This document shows, in pieces, positions 12,406 to 24,400 of a stretch of 64,000 nt of DNA. A program made the position numbers and the translations under genes. The stretch lies in the NCBI GenBank assembly GCA_965112155.1, contig OZ218101.1; one strand, written 5' to 3'. The stretch's first letter is position 1. Every line of letters begins with the position of its first letter. Source of the stretch: Podarcis liolepis. Its lineage: Eukaryota. Below the pieces are notes generated by a model that was not told the DNA's origin, made no database searches, and saw only the letters and a list, made by a program, of their open reading frames with translations.

Positions 12406-15400
12406 CTAAAAATAATAGAATAAGTGGTCAAAACACATGTAGGGCTGAAATGGAAAGCAGCCAGAAATGGCACAAAACACAATGAAGCCGTGCTGTCCTC
12501 ATTTTCGTCCATAAATCGTTATACAAACAGAACTATGGTATTATAGAGTAACATTAACAAGAATACGTTTAAGCTTAAGAAATCAGGTGCAAGTTTCTAG
12601 AACGAATGGCCTTAAAACAGAGGCAGAGACAAGGAAAAACCTCAGCAGCATTAAAACTCACCTGGGGAATGCAAAATCACTCTAATCAGCCTTAATTTGT
12701 GCAGAGTCAGTAACAGGAGACTAGCAAAATCTTAGAGGCTACTCTGAAGGCAGAACTGAATATTGATTCCCATGCCCAACCTAAAAATACACCACCACCA
12801 CAAGAATCCACTGGTTACGTGCAACTAGTGAGGAGCTTGCTCTCCTCAGCCCACCTTGTAATCAACTTGGGTTTCCATACTTTCTTAGAGAACCTGCAGA
12901 AAAAGCTTGAGCTTTCCATGAGCTTTCCAAGAAAACTCAAAAAGACCAAACCCAAAAAAGCTCTCCACAGTGCTTCCTCCCTCCATGCTTTCCTAAAACT
13001 TACCATGATAAAAGGGTGTTGGTGCGAAAAACAGCTGAGCTCAGCAGTGGCAGAAGCCTCATCTTTAAACCATAATTTCCCAGTGCCTCACAGAAAACTC
13101 CCCTTTCCCAGGCAGCGTATAATGCTCCAGAGGCATGCCCAGGCCCATCTTAAGGATGAGGTCTCTATTGCTCCAGATGCTCCCTGCACTATCTCTCTTT
13201 CCATTTGAGAATCAGTGCTATAAAAACAGAATACATTCAATATACCCCACTAACAATATAATATGGCCCAGTTGGCAGTTTGATGGCTGTCAGAGATGGG
13301 AGAAGACCTCATCTTTAAACCAGGCTTTGGAATTTTGGGACATAAATTGTTTAGTTTTTGCTAGAGATTAAGCTAGCTGGGGAATAGTGATCTTCAGTAC
13401 AGCATTCTTGGAGAAGATATCAGGGCAGTAAACTGCATCTATGAAGCCATGGGACCAGCGAGGAGAAGATTTATTTCCTGGGACCTGTTAGCTTAGAAAC
13501 TGGTAGACAGATTAAATAAAACTCTCTGGATTCAGTTAGTCAATGAAAGTGCAGCCTGAGGTTTCTGTGTGTCAGATATAATCATCAAGCACTCCAGAAA
13601 TACTCAATCCTAAATCACAAGTGAGATGAAGATATAATGGATAAAGTTCAAAAATCCAACAGGGGGATTCAAATTCCATTCCTTCCTTTAGTTTCCCTCA
13701 GGACCCCCTTTTCATTAAAATGTACTCATCAAAATTATCTTCAGCTATTTAAACAATTAAAACAAGGGGGGAAATACACCAAAAATACTTTGAGGCAAGC
13801 TGAGCATAGATTTTGACTTTCAATCCAGATGTCATGCAGCAGCAGGAAATAGGTTGGAAATTTGAAGTACTGAGACACCCAACATGTGGCTTATGCCTCA
13901 TCAGAAGAATTTGCAACCTCAACAGTCAAGTAAGAAGTGGTCCTCGGAATATGAATATAAGCGTAGTGAAGTTCCAGAATCCACAAAATGTTTTGGATGT
14001 TTTGTTCTCATTCATTACTAAGTACATTTTTAATTATTTGACTGCAATAATTTTTTGGATTTCCTTTGAAAGCTACAGTAGGAGGTTCTTGTTTGTGCAG
14101 GTCTATCAGTCAGAAATACTTTTGGCTTACCTGTAAAGGCATCAAGATGGTTTGGAAAACTGGAATTGGATGATCTCTCCAGTTTAGCCCATCGACTAGT
14201 TTCTTATAATTTACTTGCTCTTTGCAATCTTCACACCTAAAATCAGATTGGGAATGCACATATTCAGGAAGTGACTGGCTATTACTTTGCTTAACACAGC
14301 AATGATTTTTCATCCTTTACCTAAAAACTATCTTTTTGAACCCATAAGAACCAAATGGACATGAATTCATGATGTGTGTGTGTGTGTGTGTGTGTGCAGA
14401 GGGGGAAAACATACCTTATGTCACTCATTGACAGCCATTCCCTCAACGAAAGGCAGTGGGGCCAGTGGGGGGTCTAGCATGTTTCATCTCCACAAAGTTT
14501 AATGCAAACTACAACAGCCATGATTCCACGAAACCCATTTGCAACTGCTGTCTTGGTTATTGTTATGTACTGAAGTTCTCACCCTGGGCCAGCAGGGGGA
14601 TACTGTAGATAGTTATGCAAATGTAGGATCGAAAGTGACGTTCAGTGATTGAATGGATACTGTAGATAGTTATGCAAATGAAGGATTGAAAGTGACGTTC
14701 AGTGATTGGATAGTTTTAGAAAGTTGCTACAGTAACGTTGTACTGGAGCTCTATATAAGCAGGCTGACTGAGCCCTTCAGTTCAGTTCTGTTCTGGCCTC
14801 TGAATAAAGAAGAGCTGTTTGAAGAATCGCTGTGTCATCTGATATGTTCACCCACAACTTAACAGTTATAGTTTTGAAACTATTTTTCATGCTGATTAAC
14901 ATCTACAGACCACCTTGTAAAAACAAAATCTACTGTGAATACTATCTGGACAGAACTAGAGAATTATATAGAATCCCTGGAATCCCTATATCCTACTGCA
15001 GTGTTTATCATTGCAGAGGATTTTAACACACGTTTGGGAGCCAACGATGTTAATTTGTACACACAATACAATCAGATTCTGGAACCAGATATCTACTTAG
15101 CCAGAGGTACCTCCCATTTGTCTAAAGATCATATTTACAGTAGCCAAAGTTGTAAGGCAGATGGACTTGCTAATATTAAACAGTATGATAGAGGGAGATA
15201 GGCCCGGGGAATATACCCACTTTACAAAGCATGGAGGCAGTGCTACAGATTACAATCTCATGATTTGCATATAAGTTTGTCATGGTGTTTGAGGTGGGCC
15301 CTTTTCCCTTCAATATATATTACCTTTAAATAAAACCTTGTAAAAAATAATTTTATGGTGATTTATTACAATAGTTAACTATTTCTGCTTTTTTACCTCA

Positions 15401-15418
15401 AATGCAATGTATGAAATG

Positions 15419-15465
<47 letters not shown>

Positions 15466-18400
15466 TGTTATGATTATTATGACTATTTATTGAATTTATA
15501 TACTGTCCAATGCCCGGAGGTCTCAAGGCAGTTCACATAAAAGGACCACAGTATATAAAATGAAAATAAAAGCAATAACCCAATAATATCCCCCCAAAAG
15601 AGCCACATTTTAAAAGGATATGGAATGTTGATCAGGTCAACCAAAGGCCTGGCTAAAAAAGGAGTGTTTTGCCTGTTGCCTAAAGGTGTATAATAAAGAT
15701 GCCAGGAGAACTTCTCTGGGGGGAGCATTCCATAGATGGGGAGCCACTGCAGAGAAGGCCTGTTCTTGTGTTGCCAGCCTCCGGACCTCTCAAAGAGAAG
15801 GCACGCGAAGAAGGGCCTCAGAAGATGATATCAGGGTCCAGGTTGGTTCATATGGAAAGAGGCGGTACCTTACCACTGTGGGAGTACCAAATGAAAATTC
15901 CAAATGAAGTGGGAGTGCCAGATGAAACTGTTTAGGTAAGTCTAGTTTGAGCTACCTGCTACTATAAGAATTAACAAATGATGTAGAATAAAGGAAAATT
16001 AAACTGTTCATTTATTTTTATTTCATATGCTTGGAGTAGACACTGAATTATATCTGGAATTCTCCTATGAAGAAAGGATGAACACCTCATTTGAACTGGT
16101 ATTCATGTTCCCTTCTCCTCTGTCTGGGAGGGTATGCAGTGAGGAGGGATGTGGCAGGAGTATTTTCTGAATATTGTGCTGGCCTGCTTATGTTTGCTTT
16201 CTCTTCCCCAGGCAATCCATGCCTTGATGCTACTAGCACAATTTAATGGCAGGGAGGCCGTGGTCCCTGTAGCTCCCATGGTTTATCTATCATAACGGAA
16301 TATTTCTTATAGGCTGATTCCTATGGGACTCATTGCTGAATTCCATGAGGTCCGACCATCCTATGTGAAAATTTTAAAAAACCTTTGTTTATCAGAAGTA
16401 TGCAACTGGTTTAGGGATGGTAATTATGTTCCTGTGTTTTCTTGCTGATGGGGAATCTGGAAAATTGCCACAAATATGTTTTACATTATTATTTTTTCTT
16501 CTGGTTTGGGACAAGTAATCACTTATCACATAAAAATATTGAACCAATAAATAGCCAGAATTTTAGAGATTATATCCAAAATCCTGGATAATAATTATTC
16601 CCAATCCCTTATGTTTAAATAGCAAACACACCCAATAAAAGTCAACGGGCATTAAACCTGATTTACACTTCAGTCTAAGAATAAAGTGTATTCTTTCAGT
16701 GAGCTCTATGGCCCTTGTAATATATTTCGTGTGTGTTTTTTTTACAGCTACTACTACAAGCTTTCATCACAAAAGTATCTTTTGGGGAAACACTAGATGG
16801 CTACACTATGCTAACCTCCTGCAATTTTATTAATAAGTTTTTGCCATTCTCTGCTCACAGTATGCTTCTTTTGGCTGACTCGGAAAAGACCAGGGGGAAA
16901 TGGAAGAGCTACAAGGTTCTAAGGAAGAAACGCTTGCAATGCATGTACAGTGTCTGATGAAAAACTTCAGAACTCAGAAAGGGACTTCTGGTGGTTAAGC
17001 AGAGGTAATGGTCCAATGCCCTGAAAAAGCCTTGTTCTTCTCAAATAGCTACCATTCTCCAGCCTCTGTCCCACAGTCCACCTGTCTCCATTTTCCAGAC
17101 TCTTCTCACCTTCCATTTCCAAATCATCACCCCAAAATTAATCGGTCAGTCCAAGTTAACCTGGCTACCCGAATCACAGAACCAGAATCTATTATGCAAA
17201 GTAGCCATATGCAGATTGGCTTAATTTGTGTCATAGGTTTTTGAATAGAAGGCAATATTTGGATATACCGTATTTTTCGCTCCATTGGACGCAGTTTTTC
17301 CCCTCCAAAAATTGAGGGGAAATGTGTGTGCGTCCTATGGAGCGAATGCAGGCTTGTTCCATAGCTGCGCGCAATCCCTCCGGCAGGGGGAGGCTGCATG
17401 GGGCTATGGCTTCTTTAGCCCTGCGCAGCCTCTCTCGGCAGGGAGAGATTGTGCGGGGCTAAAGAGGAAGCCAAAACAGCCAGCGTGATCCATCCCGCTC
17501 ACTGCCTTGGCTTGTGCCATAGCCGTGAACAACCCCTCCGGCAGGGAGAGGTTGTGCTCTTTGGGGCTGGGGGGGCAGTTTTTTATTGATTTCCCCGTCT
17601 AAAAACTAGGTGCGCCCTATGGTCCGGTGCGCCTTATGGTGCGAAAAATATGGTATATAAACCCAATTGTTTATTATTTTCCACTGGAAGGTATGCACCT
17701 TATTTAAAAACAAAACAAAACAGAAGGCAGTATTTCTGACCCTGTGCTTCTCTTAACTACTGTACATTGAATTGTTGCTCCATGCATGCCTTTCCAAACA
17801 GAACCCCAGATTACCCCTTCTGTTAACTTCAGGTGCTTTTGCACGCCCATCAAGTTTCTTCTCCACCCACGCTTCCTTTTCTGGTAACTGATGTGCAGTA
17901 TGATCTATGCATGTTTACTCAGAAGTATGTTCAATGGGATTTGCTCCCAGAAAAGTAGCAATCTAGCTGCTGGGTTCTGAACTTAAGTTTCTGAGCACTC
18001 TTCAAAGGAAACTCCCCACAACACACTTCAATAGTCTAGACTGAAGGTTATCGGAGCACAGGTAACTGTGGCCAGGCTCGCTCTGTGCAGAATGGAATTG
18101 TGCCCTAAGAGATGGCGTAAAAAGCTTTGAAATAAGTGAAGTGGGGAGGGGAGATCAAAAGCAGCCATGGGCCACAGGGACCAGGGGGGCCTCTCGTGTC
18201 AAAGCTACCTCAAACTGCACCTCCTGACTGGGTTCCTAATCTTTCACAGGAAATGCGGCCCCATGAAGATGGGGTTGAACACTAGTTATCTACCTCCTTT
18301 TTCACTGTTCCTATCAAAGCCTGAGTTGTGTGTTAATGTGCTTGTGGAAAAAACAGTACATGCTTTTTCTACCCCTGTAAAACTAGTACTGTATAACTCA

Positions 18401-21400
18401 AGAAATAGTTGGGGACATGCTCCAGTTTTCAAATTTGTTGGATCAAGTTTTCAAAGAATATTCTAACAAGTGTGGCACAGTAACATGGGAAACTATTCAA
18501 GCCCTTAGCCTTCATTGCTATCAAATAACCAAAGCAAATTCAATTAATGTCTGTATTTTAGATAAGTAATGCATTCCTTTGGCCCATTTCATATTTTGCG
18601 ATATGAAGCCCTGTAGTTTATTTTCAGATTAATACGCTGATTTTAAACACACTGTTCAGACAAAGCAAGGGTGGGCTTCACTTTCAGATAACTGGTGCAA
18701 TACAGTTCACTTTATGAAATACATTTAGGATCAGGGTACACATCACAAATACAGTTTCATATTATTGCTCCATGGTTTATAGATAACAAGGCCCCCATGT
18801 TTAATACTTATTACATTTATCATAAGTGATAGAACATAACTCTCTTTTCTGGTTGCATCTATTTAATTACTGCTTTCCAGAAGGAGGAGAGAATTCTTCA
18901 TTTCACTCCTGGATTCTAGCTGTCCCAGAACAACTTTTGGCAGTTCAGGTTAGTGGGAGTTCTAAAAATGAATTATTTTACTCCCTTTGACTAATACTCA
19001 TGAGCAGGTGTCAGAAATGATGAATGTGCAGCAAATTGCAAAAGTCATCCATCTGCCTACCGCAGGGAACTCCCTGAAAAGCTCTTGTTTTATGGAGGCA
19101 CCAGATTTTTTAATAACTGTGCCTTATTTTTATTAGGCATTTCAGAAAAGAGGGAAAAGACAAAAGGTTACCTACTGCTATGACAGGCCACAAAGAGCTT
19201 TAAAAGGTGAGGAGCCATTTCACATTCTGAGAGGTTTCACTTTTAACAAGGCAATACAAGGCAAGTCTGGCATTATATAGTCTTTTAATTCAATATCAAA
19301 GCCCTCAGCAAAACAGGAGATGGGGGGGGGAGGGGGCTGTTTGATAAGGAGGAAGTGACCTGAGCAAGAAGCCTCATAGCTCCTGAGAACCCAAGATGGA
19401 TTAGTTAGGAGGAGGAAAATCTGGGCATCAGCAAGGGATGACAACTTGGGTGGCCTTGGGCCAAGAGACGGCATGCTTCTCCTCCAGTGTACTGCTTTGA
19501 CCCTTCCTTACACAGAGGCTTCCCTCGTGAGTTTCACAGCACATCTTGAGAAGCCCATGCCAAAACACAGTAAAACTGCAGGTTCATTCTCCCCCACCTC
19601 AATGCAAATATGGGAGCTATAAACCTTGTAATATTCCTAAAGTCACACAAGTTAAAGCAATAACTACAAGTTAAAACAATAACTACACTCTCATTTTGCA
19701 GGCAGGTTGCTCAGTACAATAGATGCCCAGTGGAACTCTGACATCTGTGCAGTGTCGTTTTCAATCTGAGCAGCCCCACACCTCAATAACAAAGGCCCCT
19801 CTTTTCATTGAACGTTGTCAGATTCAGACTGCATTTGCAATCTGTGTCTTATATAGATATTTAAACCATCACTATTGAAACAGCTGTCTGAACAGCACAG
19901 TTCCTAAACAATAATCCAGGCTGCATCTCTGAGACATTGAATCAGTGTGCAATGTACACACACAGAGCTTATGTGATCCATCTCATTAATAAAAAGTTAA
20001 GAAGGGATCCACAGAAAGGCTGTTTGCAATGAAGACAAAAATGAAACTCTCATGAATATGTGAAGCAATCAACAGGGAGAAGCACAACTTGGCAAACTGC
20101 TGACAGCTTGCCATTTTATACAAGTCAGGCTAAAGATTCTGGTGACAATTTGAAGGTAGCTGTTTATTGTGTGTACACTCATCTCATTTTCACCTCAGAT
20201 AAACAGGTTTTCCAGGTTTTCCCAACTGTTTCAAAAGTTTGCAACAGGAGGCAGTTCCCTCTGTATTCCCCAACAGCCCCAGATGGAGAGGGAAGGTTGT
20301 CTGCTTCAGCCTGAGTGAGCTTCTCCTCAGTCCTTAGTCATGCAGGAATGCTTTGAAGTTGCACCAGGCATGCCTCCTCCTCAGCTGTCTCATGCAACCC
20401 TTTGGCGTAGGGGTGCGGAACCTCGTGGCCCACAAGGCCATTTCCCCCAAACCACACCCATCTGTTAATCAGCTGACATCACTCTGATGGGTGGGTGACA
20501 TCAGCTGATGGGGGAGTGGGGTTCAATAATATATAACTGGTGCATGCAGCCAAAGCATCAGGATTTAACACCCCGCCCACACAGCAGCTGATGAGAGAAC
20601 TGGCAAGCACAGCATTGCACCCTACTCCCCCTCAGATACATGGGTGGTGGGTTGAATCCTGCTCAGAGCCTAGCAGAGAGCAAGACTGAAGTCACTATTC
20701 ATCAGCTGGTGAGCAGAGGGTTCAATCCTGTTGGGTGCTGCTTCACCAGAGTGTTTGTCCCCTGCAGGAAACAGGCTGGTGAAGCTGACTTCACATGTCA
20801 ACTCTAGACAGATGGGCAGGGCCACCCAGCTAGCTGTCACCTGATGTCATCATGAGGTCAGGTGATTGGCTGGTGGGTGGCCCTGCCCACCTGTCAAAGC
20901 TGGACTTCAGGGGAGAGGGAGAAAAGGTAAAGATCTGGACTGACTCCTGCTTGAAGGAGAGTGCAGCAGGCTCCCTTTTGCAGTATAGCTGGAATTTTAA
21001 GAGGGAACAGGACTTCTCTCACCGTGGCAAGATTGTTAACTTCTACCGTGGGTCATGGCCTATCACATTTCACTTGCTGGCCCCAACGAAAGCTGCTTTT
21101 GGGAACCCTGCACAGGATTGTTGAGGCACCCCTTGTTCTACTTCTGGATATCAGCAAATCCAGCCACAGCAGTGAGACAAAAGAAACGTACATGTATGCC
21201 CCGGGAGGCTATGCCTCCTTCAAACCTTCCTCAAAAACTGTTCCTGGTTTCCAGCATTCCTAACTCAACACACCATTTACATAAATTCATATAATCTTAG
21301 GTTGAGACTTACGCAGCCAATATCGCTCGCAAAAGATCATCTGCTACTGGTAGCCTGAAGGACTTGCATATAGTCCTGCACTTGTCGCTGGCCAGCAGTC

Positions 21401-24400
21401 CGCATCTGCACAAACAGAAATGTTTCTCATGGAATTCATTTTTTAAATGAAAATAGAAAAATGTAAAATGCCTGGTTTAAGAGGTGTCAATACCTGCATT
21501 AAAAAAATAGTATCCTGGAAAAGATGGTGGGAAAGCTTTTGGAAAGGAAAGCTTCTTAAAATGCAGTCCAGTGACTCTTCCTTGCCTTCAAGCTGCTCCA
21601 TTGTGTGGAGCTTTGAGTACCAGGGAAGGCTAATACTCATGCCCACTTATTAGGGTCAAGGGCAGCAGCTCAGAGGTAGGTCATCTGCTTTAGCTGCAGA
21701 AGGCCCCAGGTCACTCCCCAGCACCTCCAGACCCTGTTCAAACTCCTAGAAAGCCACTGCCAGCCCATAAAGACAATAAAAGCTAGATGGGCCATTGGCC
21801 TGACTTCCTGTTTCTTTTTTCTGAGCCACCAGCCCACCTGTCCCATCTCAGTGCTTCTGCCAGGGCCTCCCCCTCATGCACCCTCAAAGAAGGACTGCAG
21901 CTCTCTGGATCTCCTGATCAGCTGCTTGGCAAAGGAGAGAAAAGTAAAAAAAAGAAACCACCACTAGGCACCAGGCTCATCTGCCCACCCAAATGACACC
22001 CACACCCCCCACACCCCAGAAATCCCTTTTGCTCAAGCACTTTGCCTCCAGGATGCTAAAATGTGCTGAAGGCCAGTGGGAGACAGATTGCTATATTTGC
22101 TTCCAAACCTGGAGCTTTGAATTAACAGATTGCAGACCAAAACAATTAAGTCAATAGGATTTAAAAATTGTTCCCTGTAATAATTAGATTCAGACCATAA
22201 CAGTGACACTGGATTCTCAGAGCAGCAAAAAGGACACGCCCTGCCAGACAAAGAAGGGAGGCAAAGAAGATACACTGGGTCTATCCAAAATGCTGCAAAG
22301 GACTTTGAGACAGACATAATATTTTGCCTATGTTCAATGTAAGGGTAGAAGCAAAGCTCTCCGATCACTTAAAGCAGAAGGACACTCCCAAACCACCATA
22401 GGCAAAGCAAAGGACTTTAAGGTCTACAATCCAAAGCAGAGGAAGTACTAAACTTACTTCCAAGTAGATGTGATTAGGATCAGAGTGTGATTCCCACTAA
22501 TTCCAATGGGAAAATCAACATGGACAGAGATGGCCTTCCTCACTAGGTGAGGCCACCACATTTCCAGGAGGGGCTTCATAGAAACTCAGCTATTTCCTCA
22601 TACCTAACGGAAACATCTACATCCAGCTGCTTACAAGCCATTAGCATCAGAAATGCAGAAGCTGAATAAGAACAACTGTTTTGAAAGTTCAGAAGCTGTA
22701 TCCTACTCACAACATACACCTTCTGTAAATATATTATAACTTCTCTGTTACCCCCTTGCACCCTTTAAGTACTTAGCTATGTACACAGTCATTCCTTACT
22801 TGCTCCGGTCATTGTACACAAGCACTGCCAAGAGTTGGCCAAAATTCTCAAAGCTATTTTTCTTAAGTTGTTCCTGGGCCACTGCTAGAAGATAGGTGGT
22901 GTCCATTTCATTCTTATCTCTCAAGCTATAGTATCGCCCAAGGGTCATAATTTCATGTTCTGATAAATTTCTATCTGAGATATTCAACAGCAAATTTCTG
23001 AGGAAGAAAAAAAAATGTATATTATAATTGCTTGCATGAAGTGTACCTGAAAAGAGCAACAAATGTATACAGCATTTTCTGAAGTGGCCTTGCATTAGTA
23101 CAAAACTGCGTTGGCACAAAACATACCGCTAATTTTTAACTAGCATCTACATTAAATCTTATTTTCGATGAGGTTCAACACAATGAATTGGAATGGAAAT
23201 TAAAAAATGAAATGGAAAAATACATACAGGCATCCATCATTTTATTTGTAGGCTGCCTTTCCATAGTTAAAACCATGCTCAAGGCGGCTTACGACATGAA
23301 AAAGGACATAATTACAAAAATATCAAAGGTAGTATAAACAATGAATGAATCACATCAAAAAGTTCACAACCAAATCCAACAATTTCCACATAAATCATAA
23401 GATCTAAAAATAAAGATACAAAAAATTAATATCAATAACAGCAACAACCCCCCTAGCAAAAAAAAAATTCCCTAAACAATACCCCAACTCCACAATGTCG
23501 TAACTGCTCATAATTGTGCTTTTGCAGCTGTTTTATCTACTCATCCAGCATAAACACTTTTTTGAATAGCTGCATGTAGAAATAATGACTAATTCATGTA
23601 ACATGGAAACAAATATATTATTTTTTAAAAAAACACCAATAAACCTTCTTCAAAAGTGGTTATATTTAGGTGATGCACAATCTACTGATTTGGTAACAAT
23701 ATTTTTTTGTTATTTTTCTTTTGCTTTCCAGGGTGTTCTGAAGTGGCTTTGCAATAAGAACAAAAAGTAAACTCAATCTGTGTCAAGATTTTCTTAAAGC
23801 TATCGTGTTGTTAAATTGATTGCACTATAATTTGAAAGTGTTGGTTTGCAAAGTTCTCTTCAAATTATTACACATGTTAAAAAACACATTGCACAGGATG
23901 GGTTTAAGTCATAACAAAAGCCAAATATTTCAAAGAGATGTATGGATGCTTGCTCAAAATCAGTATGACTTTTCCTGATATAAGAAATTCTCAGAAATAT
24001 AAAACCTCAATATGTGCATGGTACTTTGCCATTTGATTTTCATTTCAATACAAAGACACAACAACCATGCACATTACTTTAAACATCCAAATTGAGTCCC
24101 TGAATATGATAAAGATCCATCCGTGCTTACAAAACAGTGCCCAGCTGTAAAATATGTTTGTAGAAAATGGATCAAACCAGGCCATTAAAACGTAATGCCA
24201 AATCATCAACTGGCATTACGAGAACAAAATTTGGGATCACACTTTAGCTTTCAAGGAAAAAACAAGCAAATCATCCGTTTCCAGGCTAGATGGAAAATAA
24301 GATAAAGGGTGGGGGAGAGCACAGTAACTGGAAGCTTCAAAGCAGAGTATAATTTTTGCATATTTTCTGCCCAGATGAAAATGACTTGGAAGTGGAGTTT

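Noticed and set aside
14598-14712. CRISPR-like repeat array
   Set aside because: Two-unit tandem duplication with no spacers, inside a eukaryotic LTR
19220-19474. Possible EFHC2 exon 13 candidate
   Set aside because: No similarity to EFHC2; the true exon 13 is at 21313-21405 with correct phase
19648-19688. 20-bp tandem duplication caagttaaa(g/a)caataacta
   Set aside because: Ordinary slippage duplication with no functional hint
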